Source: Anthoceros angustus (Eukaryota; Plantae; Anthocerotophyta). From it: 64,000 nt of DNA. The stretch covers positions 930,001 to 994,000 of the forward strand of contig MU008164.1 of the NCBI GenBank assembly GCA_010909165.1. Reading direction: 5' to 3'. Positions 1 to 11,912 of this stretch are shown one piece after another. The translations under genes were made by a program, and so were the position numbers. The notes beneath the pieces are model-generated. The model made no database searches, was not told the origin of the DNA, and saw only the letters and a list, made by a program, of their open reading frames with translations. How positions within the stretch are numbered: position 1 is the stretch's first letter; every line of letters starts with the position of its first letter.

Positions 1-479
1 GGACACCTATAAAATCTTCTTCCCATGTTCTTCTCAGTCCGCGCCGTGAGCACAGAACACAAGCCCGCCCCACAAGGACACGACCTGTCCGGCACCGCGC
101 CAGATTGCTGACCCGATCCGGAACCTCCATAGCTTTCTGCTGCGCGATTAGGTCCCCCCTCGTAGCCAATGCCGCGAGGAGCAGGTACTTTAGACTCCCA
201 TTTGGCACTCTTGCTCCCCTTGAGTGCAGCCGTGTAGTCTCCTTCCTCTTCAGCTGGCTGAGACGTCGAGGCCTTGTCCTCACCGTGCTCTCTTCCACAA
301 TCCTGCTGCGGGAAAAATTCACCGGTCCCCGGAGAGTTCTGCCGCTTCCTCTTGTTGTAGGAAGGACTGACTCCATCCTCCGGCTGCGACAGCCGCCTCA
401 CGCCTTCAGCTTCCGCAGCCTCCAGTTGCGACAGAAACGATGGATCGTCCAAATCCTCATCGTCCGCGAAAGTCGTCAT
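1..479 (-). CDS. GRF-type zinc-finger protein, N-terminal part (open at the window edge)
   Basis: Manual translation from the ATG at 479 is open to base 1: MTTFADDEDLDDPSFLSQLEAAEAEG...EEGDYTAALKGSKS...CPCGAGLCSVLTARTEKNMGRRFYRCP. The last part matches the zf-GRF pattern CxCG...T..N.GR.FY.C. It is missing from the ORF track because there is no stop inside the window. Confidence 0.8.
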   Translation of the reverse strand, partial: MTTFADDEDLDDPSFLSQLEAAEAEGVRRLSQPEDGVSPSYNKRKRQNSPGTGEFFPQQDCGREHGEDKASTSQPAEEEGDYTAALKGSKSAKWESKVPAPRGIGYEGGPNRAAESYGGSGSGQQSGAVPDRSCPCGAGLCSVLTARTEKNMGRRFYRC

Positions 480-1364
480 CTCCTCCTTGGGAAATCACAA
501 AGGCACGGAAATGCGGAATCCAACATGAGGAACCATGCAGCAGAAGGTGAAGTCGAGGAGTGGAAGTTCCAAAGGGAATGCAATCCAAACTCACATCAAA
601 ACATTAAACATTTCTCAAAAATGGCGATTTTATGCACAGCAGATGTTATGTCGTAAACATGGTGGGATGATCTTTGTTCACGTGCAAGAAGAGGAACATA
701 TGTACTAAAATTCACAACATATAGGTCATCGTAGGAATTCCTTCGTTATCAATTGATATATATTTTTATTTTAAATAAATAAGATATTTTATAAAAATAA
801 ATAGGTATATATTTAGTCCTCATCAAATTGTAGCGCGAAGTGAACAGCAAACAAAGCTGTAGAACAAGAAAACTAAAAAACGAATACCTAGCCACTCAAG
901 GTTGACACTATTACCAATGATAAAAAAGGACGAATTAATTGCTATCACTAACTAATTAATGGGGTGTACCTTATCGCCATGGTGTAGATAGGATTTTTCA
1001 TGTCTATATTTTTTATAAGTCTCTATATTTTATCCAACCAATGAGTAAACTCTGGTATTTTATCCAACCATTGAGTAAACTCTGGTATTGCAGAATGGGA
1101 GTCCAAGCTTCTAAACAGAACAATCCTATTGATATAAACAGTACTATTTAAGTATAAATTAAATATATGATAGTTAATAATTAATTGTTTGTCGGACATG
1201 ATTGTTTGATGAGCACTTGTCACCTACATTCTATATATTTACAATTTTATATGTAAGTATACATATATTATGGGACTCGAAGTGAGATTCCAACCTTGCA
1301 CAAGAATAATGCGAGTGTTTGCAACTGTGCATCATTGGATCTCACCTCTTCATCGAGGCAAGAG

Positions 1365-1649
1365 GAAAAAGAAGAAGAACAAAATTATTCAAGTCCAATT
1401 TTCATTATGGAAATTGCACTCGATAACTTGTACCATGGTGTGTCTAAGCTACTAGCACCAAGGGCATCCACTCCCTCTATACACCCCGTCAAGAATGAAG
1501 GGCTTTCATAGCGGAGGGCTTCGCAATGGAAGTGCTCTATGCTTAACAACATTTTCTTATAAATGTGTGTCCATTTGGCCTAAGCAATTTGGAGTAAGCC
1601 ATTTGGCCTAAGCCATTTGGAGTAAGCCATTTGGCCTAAGCCATTTGGA
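1365..1649 (+). repeat. Dispersed copy of the sequence at 12381-12600 (opposite orientation), ending in a 28-nt tandem repeat
   Basis: aacttgtaccatggtgtgtctaagctactagcaccaagggcatccactccc and ttcttataaatgtgtgtccatttggcctaag match the reverse complement of 12381-12525. The copy ends in about 2.8 units of ccatttggcctaagccatttggagtaag (1571-1649). Confidence 0.8.
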
Positions 1650-2719
1650 GGAAGTGGTAGGGAACGCTAGCGCGCAAGAGCTCAATTGAGTCCCCCAGCA
1701 GCGGCAACTGCCAGAAGCTGCTAGGACCTTGCGCACCGGCTCCTTTGTGGCAGCCTGTCGCTGCAGCAATCGGGAGAAGGCCAAAGTCCAGGCCAAGAGG
1801 AGCAGCGGGAGGCCCAGGATGAGTGCCAACCACACTTCCGCTGCCACTGTAGCCATCTTGGGCAACGACAGGTTCACCAAATCACAACATGTCCTTGAAG
1901 ACCGCAAGAGAAGATCACTCCTTGTAAGCAGGAGTGGTGAGGACTCTCATCAAGTCAGCGCAGGGATCAAGAAAACTTTCCTCTTGTCTACTAGAAGGAG
2001 TGGACAGCAGGTGGTGCCTGCCAATGCCAGTGCTCTTCTCATCAAGAGATGCCATATTTCGTGAGAGCCGATGACTTCCGCCTGCCGCAGGTAAAGCGAT
2101 GAGGTGATCAATGCCTGCCCTTCAGACTTCTCATCAACAGATGCCATACCCCCCCTGCCCTTCTCATCAACAGATGCCATATTTCACAATTCCCGACGAC
2201 TTCCTCCTGCTCCTCATCAACGGATGCCACATTTCATTGAGTTTGTGGATTCGGAGGATGAATCTGTGCTCCTGCTGCTACCTTTCCGCTCTACCATGTC
2301 GAGCAATCACGTCGGTGGCCTTCTATCATGCCAGAACCTTATGAAGCGCCTCTCTCTCCTCCGTATGGCCACAGGAGCAAAGGAGCTGCTCATCATATTC
2401 TGCTGTGAGACTGATCGTCCGACAGGTCACAGTATGACAATGTGGACCCAACAAATTGGTGTGTACCGTACAGGAATTCGACTCTCTAGGGAAAGGAAAG
2501 GCCAACAAAGCGTCCATAAAACAGTGTCTTGTCTGACTTCAAATATGTAGGTAGTTGAATATATGTTCACATTTATTGTTTGCATGCAAGCCGTCCCTAC
2601 CCGGTTTCGGGTTTCGGGTTTCGGGCTCATCCTTCTCAGCCCGCCCGGCGTGGTCATACACAGGGCATCCTGCAGAGTCTGTTGTTAGACTCTGATCTTT
2701 GGACAGGGGCCCCTGATCG

Positions 2720-5700
2720 ATGGCCACATCATGGCAACCGGACCCGTTGTGTACCCAACATATTTGTGTGTGTACAGGGATTCTAATAGGAGCTCCCGCT
2801 CACCTTCCTTTAGGGACTCAACTCCTGGCAAACAAGCCCTCCAGGTGCAGCAGCGTAAGGAGCCCAGCACTTCCACTTCCGCGAAAATGTGTGGGTAGGG
2901 ACGGGTTCTCCAGCGATGGTCGTTGCCAGGAGCAGGAGCACTTGTGGGAACAATTTTTTCTGGACCCTACCATGTGGTGGGACAACAGACGAGATAAGAA
3001 GAGCTCCCGTTCGCCTGACTTCCGACGTAAGGGGTCCGGCGAGGTGCTGTGGTTAAACAACTTGTCTAAGCCAGCTTGGGTTGATGAGCAGCTCCTTTGC
3101 TTGGATATGCAGATGGGTCATGGTGTCGCTCCTTCCGAGTCCAGCTCTCCGGATAAGCCTAACTCTGGCAGGAGTGAAGGATCGGAAATGGGCGCCAGGT
3201 GCAGCAATGTAAAGAGCCCAGCACTCCCACTTCCGACCAAATGTGTGGGTGGGGACGGGTTTCCCAACGATGGTCTTCGGCAGGAGCACGAGCACTTGTG
3301 GCAACATCTTTTTCTGGAACCCACCATGTGGTGGGACAACAGACGAGATAAGAAGAGCTCCGGTTCGCCTGACTTCCGTCGGAAGGGGTCCGGCGAGGTC
3401 CTGTGGTTAAACAACCTGTTCAAGCCAGCTTGGGTTGATGAGCAGCTCGTTTCCTTGGATATGCAGATGGATCATGGTGCCTCTCCTTCCAAGTCGCGTG
3501 TTCCGGATAAGCCCCAACGTAGCAGGCGGGAAGGATCGGAAATGGGCGTCGTAACGGCTGGAACCGTGAGCATGTTATGTGAGCAGGGGAAGCTTTCTGA
3601 GGCCGTTGGAGCCCTGGAATCTCTGGCGCAAACAGACTCTGCCATTTCTCAGTCTCTGTTTTACTGTGCTGAAACTGTGTACAGCTAAGAAGGATTTGGT
3701 TGGGGCGACGAGTTCATGATCTCACTGTCAAACTTGGGTACGAGTCGAATGCATACTTGGGGAACCATATCTTGCGCATGTATGCATGTGGAGGTAGGCT
3801 AGAGGAGGCCATGGATGTGTTCACCAGGTGGCAAACCGGATGCCTTCATGTGGTCTTCCATAATCTCCGCATACGCTAAGCATGGGAAACCTAATGAGGC
3901 CATACAACTGTACCATGAGATGCGTAGGTCAGGAGTGAAGGCGGATGCTCACGTCTTTGTAGCTGCCCTTCAAGCTTGTGCATTTGCCGCCGACTTGGAA
4001 TCTGGCAGAAAGTGCACTGTGATGTGTGCAGTGGCATTCCTACTAACTTGTTGGCACTGCCTGGTGGACATGTATGCAAAATGTGGTGAACTGAAAGATG
4101 CACGCCAGGTTTTTGACAGCATGGCCAAAGGATGTGGTGACATGGACTGCTGATAGCTGGGTATGCAGCAAGGCTCGGACACGAGGCACTTGTTGTGTAT
4201 GGACAAATGGAGCAGGAGGCCTGATTTTGGCTGACCATGTTACTTTTGCTTGCCTTCTGAAGGCCTGTGCAAGCACTGGTGCCTTACAGAAGGGCAGGCA
4301 GCTGCACTCACAGATTGTTGAAAGGACTGCTGGATAACGTGGTGGGCAACTGCCTGGTGGACATGTATGCAAAATGTGGTGAACTGGAAGATGCACGCCA
4401 GGTTTTTGACAGCATGGCACAAAGGATGTGGTGACATGGACAACCCTGATTGCTGGGTATGCACAGCAAGGGCTCGGCCAAGAGGCTTGTTCTGTATGGA
4501 CAAATGGAGCAGGAGGGCCTGATTTTGGCTAATGTTTTGCTTGCCTTCTGAAGGCCTGTGCAAGCACTGGTGCCTTACAGAAGGGCAGGCAGCTGCACTC
4601 AGATTGTCAAAGAGGACTGCTGGATAACGTAGTGTTGGGCACCTGCCTGGTGGACATGTATGCAAGATGTGGTGAACTGGACGATGCACGCCAGGTTTTT
4701 GACAGCTTGGCACAAAGGATGTGGTGACATGGAATGCCCTGATTGCTGGGTATGCACAGCAAGGACCGAGGCGCTTGTTCTGTATGGACAAATGGAGCAG
4801 GAGGGCCTGATTTTGGCTGACCATGTTACTTTTGCTTGCCTTCTGAAGGCCTGTGCAAGCACTGGTGCCTTACAGAAGGGCAGGCAGCTGCACTCACAGA
4901 TTGTTGGACTGCTGGACAGTGTTGGGCACCTGCCTGGTGGACATGTATGCAAAATGTGGTGAACTGGAAGATGCACGCCAGGTTTTTGACAGCATGGCAC
5001 AAAGGATGTGGTGACATGGACCCTGATATCTGGGTATGGTACTTGTGATGAAGGTCACAAGGCACTAGCTTGTTTTGAGGAGATGTTAGTTGCCGGTATT
5101 CAGCCTGATGATGCTACTTTTACTTGCCTTTTAGTAGCATGCAGTCATGAGGGACTGGTCCACGAGGGTCGCAATCTCTTTGATTCGATGGCTGAACAGC
5201 ATGGCATCAAGCCTACTCTTGAGCATTACAATTGCATGATTGATCTTCTTGGGCGTGCAGGCCATTTAGGTGAGGCCGAGAAGATGCTATTATCATATGA
5301 GGGCCAAAGTAATATTGTGGGCTTGACGTCTTTGTTGAGTGCCTCCAAAAGTCACGGGGATATACAGAGGGCGATGTGGTGTTTTGAACGCATTGTCCGG
5401 CTGGACCCTCAGAATGCGTCTGCGCATGTGCTCATGGCCAATGCCTTCGCAGATGCAGGTAGGTGGGCCGATGTAGACAGGATTGAAACACAGAGAATGG
5501 TGTCAGGAGCTAACAAGAAACCTGCAGTCACGACCATTGAGGTGAATAAGCAGGTACATCGATTTCTGGTGGGAGAAAGGAGGGAGGATATTGCACTTAA
5601 GGTAGAGAGCACGAATGCGCGTCTGAAGCAGGAAGGAGGCCACTTACCTCACACGAAGTTGGTGTTGAAGCCATTGTCTGAGCAGGAAAAGGAAGATGCG

Positions 5701-5919
5701 CTTTGTGGGCATGCTGAGAAACTAGCTCTGGCGTTTGGTCTCTTGAACACTCCGAGTGGGACACCTCTGGTGGTGACTAAGAATCTACGCATGTGCAGTG
5801 ACTGCCACAGTTCCACGGAGATCATGTCAAGGCTTGAACAGAGAGACATTGTTGTAAGGGATGGATACCGTGTGCATCGATTTGCAGCTGGTTCTTGCAG
5901 TTGCAAGGGTCGACCGTGA
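2720..5919 (+). CDS. PLS-class PPR protein with two N-terminal PDF (OSB-like) motifs and C-terminal E1-E2-DYW:KP (GRP-ending) domain; frameshifted in the repeat array
   Basis: 5' ORF 2720-3688 and 3' ORF 5008-5919 are open, and the P-L-S motifs between them can be read across frameshifts. The C-terminus has KKPAVTTIEV in place of the PG box, HAEKLA, CSDC and the ending CSCKGRP*. Confidence 0.9.
2841..3548 (+). repeat. In-frame 354-nt (118 aa) tandem duplication; each unit contains a WWDNR...PDF motif
   Basis: ccaggtgcagca occurs at 2841 and 3195, an offset of 354. Each unit encodes LW.xxFL.PTMWWDNRRDKKSS.SPDFRRKGSGEVLWLNNL.KPAWVDEQL. Confidence 0.9.
4060..5010 (+). repeat. Near-identical ~290-300 nt P-L-S triplet repeats inside the PPR gene
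   Basis: tgcctggtggacatgtatgcaa.atgtggtgaactg.a.gatgcacgccaggtttttgacagc recurs at about 4060, 4350, 4645 and 4930. Confidence 0.9.
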
Positions 5920-6379
5920 GAAGGCTGAATGAAAGACTATCCGATGCTCAAGTGTGTATGCCAGAGAATATTGCTGTCGGGAGTGAACGTGCTTGCCTAT
6001 CTACTTCCCTGTCCAAATTGAGACATGGACATGAATGGCTAACACTGATCCTGGCACCTCTCATCAAAACAGATAGAATCAGAATCCAGCGGGGCATGTG
6101 GGAACGTGCAGCGTCTGCCTCATCTGGAGGCTTGCAATCTGGCTTGGTCAGTTCAGGCGAGCTTACCTGCGAGGGACGGTCAGCTGTAGGAGATCAGGTA
6201 TCAGGGGTGCAGGCCTCGAATTTGGATCAGAGCCGTTAGAATCAGGGCTGGCTTGCTGGATTGAGCTTGTACCTGTGGCAGGGAGTGCCCGGGGAGGGCA
6301 CCCGCGGTCTGGTCGAGCTGGGGAGAGACTGACCAGACGCAAGGCCCTCCACAACCAAGTGCTCCGTTTCTCGAACACA

Positions 6380-6850
6380 TGGTGGCGCTTAGAGTGGAGG
6401 GATCAGCTGTCCATGGATTCTCCAACGTGATGACCTCGCGGATGACATATTTGTGGGGATTGGTGGTCACGTGGCGAACTGCAAGATGTGGTGAACTGGA
6501 AGATGCCGGGTACTTGACTGCCTGGCCACAACAATGTGGTACCATGCACGCCCCTTCAGCATGGCTGGGTATGCAAATATGGGCTCGGCCAAGGTGCACT
6601 TGTTTTGTATGGGAAAATGGAGCAGGAGGCCCTGATTGTGGCTGACAACGTTACTTTTCTTGCCTTCTGGTGAGTGGGCAAGTGCATGTGCCTTATACAA
6701 GGACAAATAGCTGCACTCACAGATAGTCAAAGGGGACACGCCAAAAAACATGCTTGTGGGCACCTGCCTGGTGGGCATGGATGTAACATGGACCGAACTG
6801 GACGATGCATGCTGAGTCTTTCGACTGCTTGGCCATATAAGAACGAGACC
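6380..6850 (+). pseudogene. Degenerate PPR fragment related to the upstream gene
   Basis: gcaagatgtggtgaactggaagatgc, gctgggtatgca, aaatggagcaggaggcctgatt and gctgcactcacagat match the P-L-S repeats at 4060-5000. Multiple stops and indels; no DYW domain follows. Confidence 0.75.
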
Positions 6851-7725
6851 AGCGGTATGCATTGGTTGAAGTGAAGGTGAAGCTGGTTTGGTGTCATGAC
6901 AGTTTGCTTCCTGATCAAAGTCGGGTCAGCATTCCGACGCGCTCCTTAACAAGCCCCAAAGTTGGAGACACGCAGTCCGGACCCTGCAAGCCTGGACGTG
7001 AGGTACAGCTCACTGATGGTGACGGACAAATCGACCTTCCTCGTTAACAGAGGGGAAGGAGACTTTATAGAAGGAAAATCGACCCTCCTCGTTGAGAGGG
7101 GACGGAGATTTTATATAAGAAAGAGAGATGGAAAGTTTTATTTACCTCGAGACGAAGGGGAATAACTCTCAGGAAGGCACCAGGCCAAAGGGACTAGCCC
7201 GGGGCCCGCTGCTCTGTCAGAGGAGCGAAATCTCTTTGTTATGCCCGATGCCCTGGTGCCCCCGCCTCCGCCATGGCCTTTGTATTATGTTGGATAAGAT
7301 AAAAGCTGAACAACATTAATATGACATTAAAGACTCAATTTGAGGACGTTAGGCAGTCGGCCGGGTTAAGTTGCTTCTCTCTGATTTTTTTAACAATTAA
7401 TATTTTAAAAATAAATTAAAATAAATCAGAGGGAGAAATCTTCAGCAAGGGATGACGGGGCTTTGAAACTATAACACCCTGGTTTTGAGCCGAAGTAATC
7501 TTTGGGTACTGTTGCCAACTTGCTGAAAGATTTTGCCTTCAGTGTGGTCGAGAAGTTCTCGTGCTAACGTGGCGCAGGGCGACAGAGATCTGGCACTAAG
7601 ATCTGGTCCCGCCGTTCCCGATCTGATCATCTTCCTCGCCGCGTAGGTTGTTCCTAATCCACTAGGTAGACAACAGCACGTAGCCACGGGAACAGGATGA
7701 AACTGATGAGTGATAAAGACCGGGT

Positions 7726-10700
7726 CTAGAATGTTCGCGAATATTTCTTGATTTCGTACATGATGGAGGCTATGGAAACAACGTCCTTGCCCAGTGCCTC
7801 TCCTCCACCAACTTGCTTCAAACAATCGGAAAGGCGAGTGTAGTAGAGAAGCAGCTGTGTTAGGGCCGCTCGCAATATCTCCATGCCACACAAAAAGTTG
7901 CTGAATGACGTTATCACATCCTTGTGCATCAGCTCGATGGCGCCCTTCCACCTCTTTGCAAAATCTTTCACCAACGGCTCTACATCCTGCAGAGTGATAG
8001 GCTGTGAACCAGCTGCACTGGACGTTGCGCTGGAGCTGTCACCTGTTCGGGAAGCCAAGCAAGAAGTCAGACACACTGACCACACTGCCTATCTCGCACT
8101 TCACATCACTGCGTGCACTGACCAGCTCTCGTTTTCACGAACTGTATCATCTTCTGGAAGTGCTCCTTTAGCTCTTCCTCCTGCATAACAGGGACACACG
8201 CCTGTCTTAACGGCGTATCTACCTTCCAAAGGACGACTAAGCAAAGCGCATTCAACTCGTCCTACCACAAAAACCGTGGTGCTGCTCTTCAATAACTCTT
8301 CGAACTGCTGCTGTGTCTTTCCCCCTTCAACGCCAGCTTCCTGCGGCATGAGACCAGATATTAGCACCTCGTACTCCAATAATACTGTCCACAAAGTCTC
8401 ACTGTCAGGTCACTACCTTCAAGACTGTCAGCACCATGTCATAATTGTTTATGAGGAAGACACTCTGTTGCTTTTGCTTTGGAAATATGCGGGCAAGCTT
8501 CACCAATAAGTCGTCAACAGCCACTCGGAGGCGCTCCAAATTTAACTCTAGCTGCAGGTGAATCAAGGTCACATCTTCAGACAACAACTACATGTGATAA
8601 CAGCCAGCACGTGTCTGTGCCAACGCACCTGACCATCACCATAGTCGATGTTGAGCTGCAGCAGAGATGCAGCAAATTCTGCATATCGGCGGAAAACGTA
8701 GTGCGGATGCACATCATCTTCCCACAGAGTGCGGGCATTTGCAGTTCGTAGACTGTTAAGGTGCATATCAAAGACAACCTTAAACCGTGGCCACAGCAGA
8801 AGATTTGCCTGATAGAGACAACCAATTGTTTCAAGTAAGCATGAATACTCACTCTTAATTGCCACAGTCGCAAGACCACAAAACGTACCTTATCAAAGTA
8901 GGAGTCAAGGCAAGGAACTCGCCGCCTTGACATAATGAGCTACTTTTCACAAATACGGAAGCCTCGTTAAAAGACAAAGACAATCAACCTAGTAACATGC
9001 TTTCCTATACTTATAAAGCAATCCATGATCCGTTGCTGGTCAAGGAATACCTGATGCTGGTATGTCAACCGAATCATGAGCATGAGCCCCACAGCATCGA
9101 AACAATTTGTCAAAACCGTGTTGACATGATCATCAATGACAGCAAAAGGACCTGAGTCAAAAAATGTAGAGATCAATGTGACATTCAATAGAATCAAATG
9201 TTTCCCTCATTGACCCTTCTCCAGAGCTTGTCTCCACACTTCAGGCAATGGAGTGATATCAGCCCCTTCAGGACAACACTCTTAGCTTCAAGATGCATCC
9301 TTGCCACTGCATAGCACTGGAGTGGTGCGAAGTACAAGAATAGCACCTGCAAATATTTCATTGAATATGGCATCCTCTCCAAAAAAGCCGAGACAGAAGA
9401 GATACCTGCAGTTAAAGAGCACCAGACTCAGGTTCGAATGGAGACCCAGCTTACAATGACTAATTCTCAACAGCTATACAAAGGCAGTCTCACTGAACAC
9501 TTCAATTCAATCAATGTCAGGCCTTACGAAACATGCATCAGTTCATAGCAGGATATGCCAAATCACCCAGAGCAAATTCCGTCTACGGTCAGGAAGTGAG
9601 GCAGGAACTCTTATGGAGCGAGTGCCAAGAATGAAGTACTCAGAGGTGGCGGTGTCCATCAGCAGCTTGTGCAAGCTGCGAAAGAGAACCTCATATGGAA
9701 ACTTTGTTGCGTTAGCTTCTGCTATGTGTGGAATGATTGCAGGTTGGTCCACATCCTGGGGGATACACACCAACAGAACTTTGTCATCCCTACTGTTGCA
9801 TACCACGGACTTCAGTTCCGATCAATTTGATTTAACAGCACTTACTTTGAGGATCTGGGCTCGAGTTCCAAGAGCGAAGACAGCTGATTTATTCTTCAAA
9901 ACCTCTCGTACTCGAGAAAATATCCCGGTATTCCGATTATCCTCCACCCCAATGAGATCATTTCTAGTCACAATGTCAAGTTGGAGCCTTTCCAAGGCTT
10001 GGATGTAGCTTCGAAAATGAGCACTCAGTACCTGACCCGACGATGATTCCAAGGTCACGGAAAAATGGGAAGTATCAACAGTACACCCACATGCAATGTA
10101 AATAATGGCACTATGCCACAGCAGTGGAACGGCAAGTACCTTGTTCATTGTGTCTAGATAGGCTGCACGGACCTCCGGATAGACTTCCTTGCCATGGTCA
10201 CGCAAAAATGTGATCACATACCTGCCAACAGAAACTCAAGTAAATTGACAGCACAATTCTTGTCAACAACAGCTCCCAAGTGTTTGGTCAGAAGTTACAA
10301 ACTTGTATTTGAGTAAAACATTCTGCTGCAAGATCTGAATGTTGGTCTTTGGCTTCCTCAGTGCTACCAACTTCTGCATGATGAACTCCCTGGCCTGAAC
10401 AGAGTAGAGATACCTCAACACCTATAAATCTGCCACACTATCCACGAGCTACAAACTCCAGGAGGATATCTACAAACCTTTGAGACACCTTTAACCCTCA
10501 ACTTCTCAAATTCCGGTTCAATATCCCGGTAGGCTGCAGATTCTTTTACTGTAGCATCATCTGCAATGAACTTCAGTTTCTGACTGAGCAGCTGAAGATT
10601 CTTCATATACTCCTCCGTGATCTGCAGTTTTGAGATGAGGACTTCAATCTATGCCAGCAAATTGAGAACACTAAGCTCATTACATTCACAACCCGGCAAC

Positions 10701-11912
10701 GACAACATTACCTCTCCATCCAGGATGACATCAATCATGGAAGGGGGCACAACAATCTCTTCAATAAATCTCGCCAATTTTGTCTCTGCGGCCTACAGAA
10801 GCAATTCCAAGGATCAATTTTGCAAGACTGACTTTGGCGAGCCCATAGATGCAGTCATTCACGACAGGGAGTTCAAACCTTGCGATTCCGAAGCTTCACA
10901 CCCATGCTCATAGACTGCTCTTGCAGACTCCTTATCTCTGAGCTAATGGAACCAAGCTCAGCCTTCAGCAACACAAAAAAGAAGAACATCAGTACACTGT
11001 CCCAATTTGCACCAAGTGCCCCTAAGTGAGCCAACAGGTACCTGAAATCCCCCAAGCAAAGCTTCCATATGTGTGAGAATTGTGTCACAATCCTTAATCT
11101 GAGTGTGGAGAGAGACCAAGTTGTCGCTTTCACTTATGTAGTCCTGTGTTTGCAGCAGCAGTCAAGACCAAGAAAATCCCACAACGTGATCCGCAAACCT
11201 CAACATAACAGTTGCCAGAAATGCACCTGAATGGACTCTAGCTCCACAACCCGCAGCTTCTCCTCCACGTCTCTAGCATACTCTAGCAATCCACTTCCCT
11301 GTCCAAGAATCTTTGCTACAATCTAACAAGGACAGACAATTATCAGCAGAGTAACAGGTCGAGTGACACAATCATACAACACCAGAGGATAGAGACCAAC
11401 CTCCTGGCCCTTATAGTGCTCTAATTCTTCTTGCAGCCCTTCCAACGAGATCTCTTCACTGCAACCAACAATGACCTCGTCAGATTCCTTCCTTACTCAT
11501 CGTAAACCCACTTAAGAGAGTGGCTTGGACCCGGACCTGCCAATATCTTCACCAAAAGTGAGATCGCCTCCAGTAACTGTAAGATCGGCCTGCTGATTCT
11601 CTTCACCTTCGCCAGCTGCTTTCTCGTTCTGCATGCGACACCACAAACTCAACAAATTTCCAAACTCCCCTCAGATCCACGACGCTTCACCACTCCAATG
11701 CTCACCGTGGAAGCGAAAAACGGAGACGCAAAAAGGCGTTCCAATGCAGCTTCAGCCAGCTCCTCCGGTGTCAGCTCCTTCTCCAGCACAACCTCCTCTG
11801 CCTTCTCCCCGATCCCTTCAGCATCGTCGGCAATCGGCACGGGCTCGGTGGCCTCAGGCTGTGCAGGAGCGCCAGGCTCCTCCACAGCTGCCGCCGTGGG
11901 ATCCATGGTCAT
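7726..11912 (-). CDS. VPS52: Vacuolar protein sorting 52 (GARP complex subunit), multi-exon
   Basis: Exons read EEISLEGLQEELE, AELGSISSEIRSLQEQSMSMGVKLRNRK, YPYEVLFRSLHKLLMDTATSEY, LWEDDVHPHYVFRRYAEF, FLINNYDMVLTVLK and LVKDFAKRWKGAIELMHKDVITSFSNFLCGMEILRAALTQLLLYYTRL...IKKYSRTF*. These are recognisable as plant VPS52/POK. The introns I checked are GT-AG. Confidence 0.95.

Noticed and set aside
105-656. 183-aa plus-strand ORF
   Set aside because: It is the antisense shadow of the GRF zinc-finger CDS on the minus strand and has no recognisable motif.
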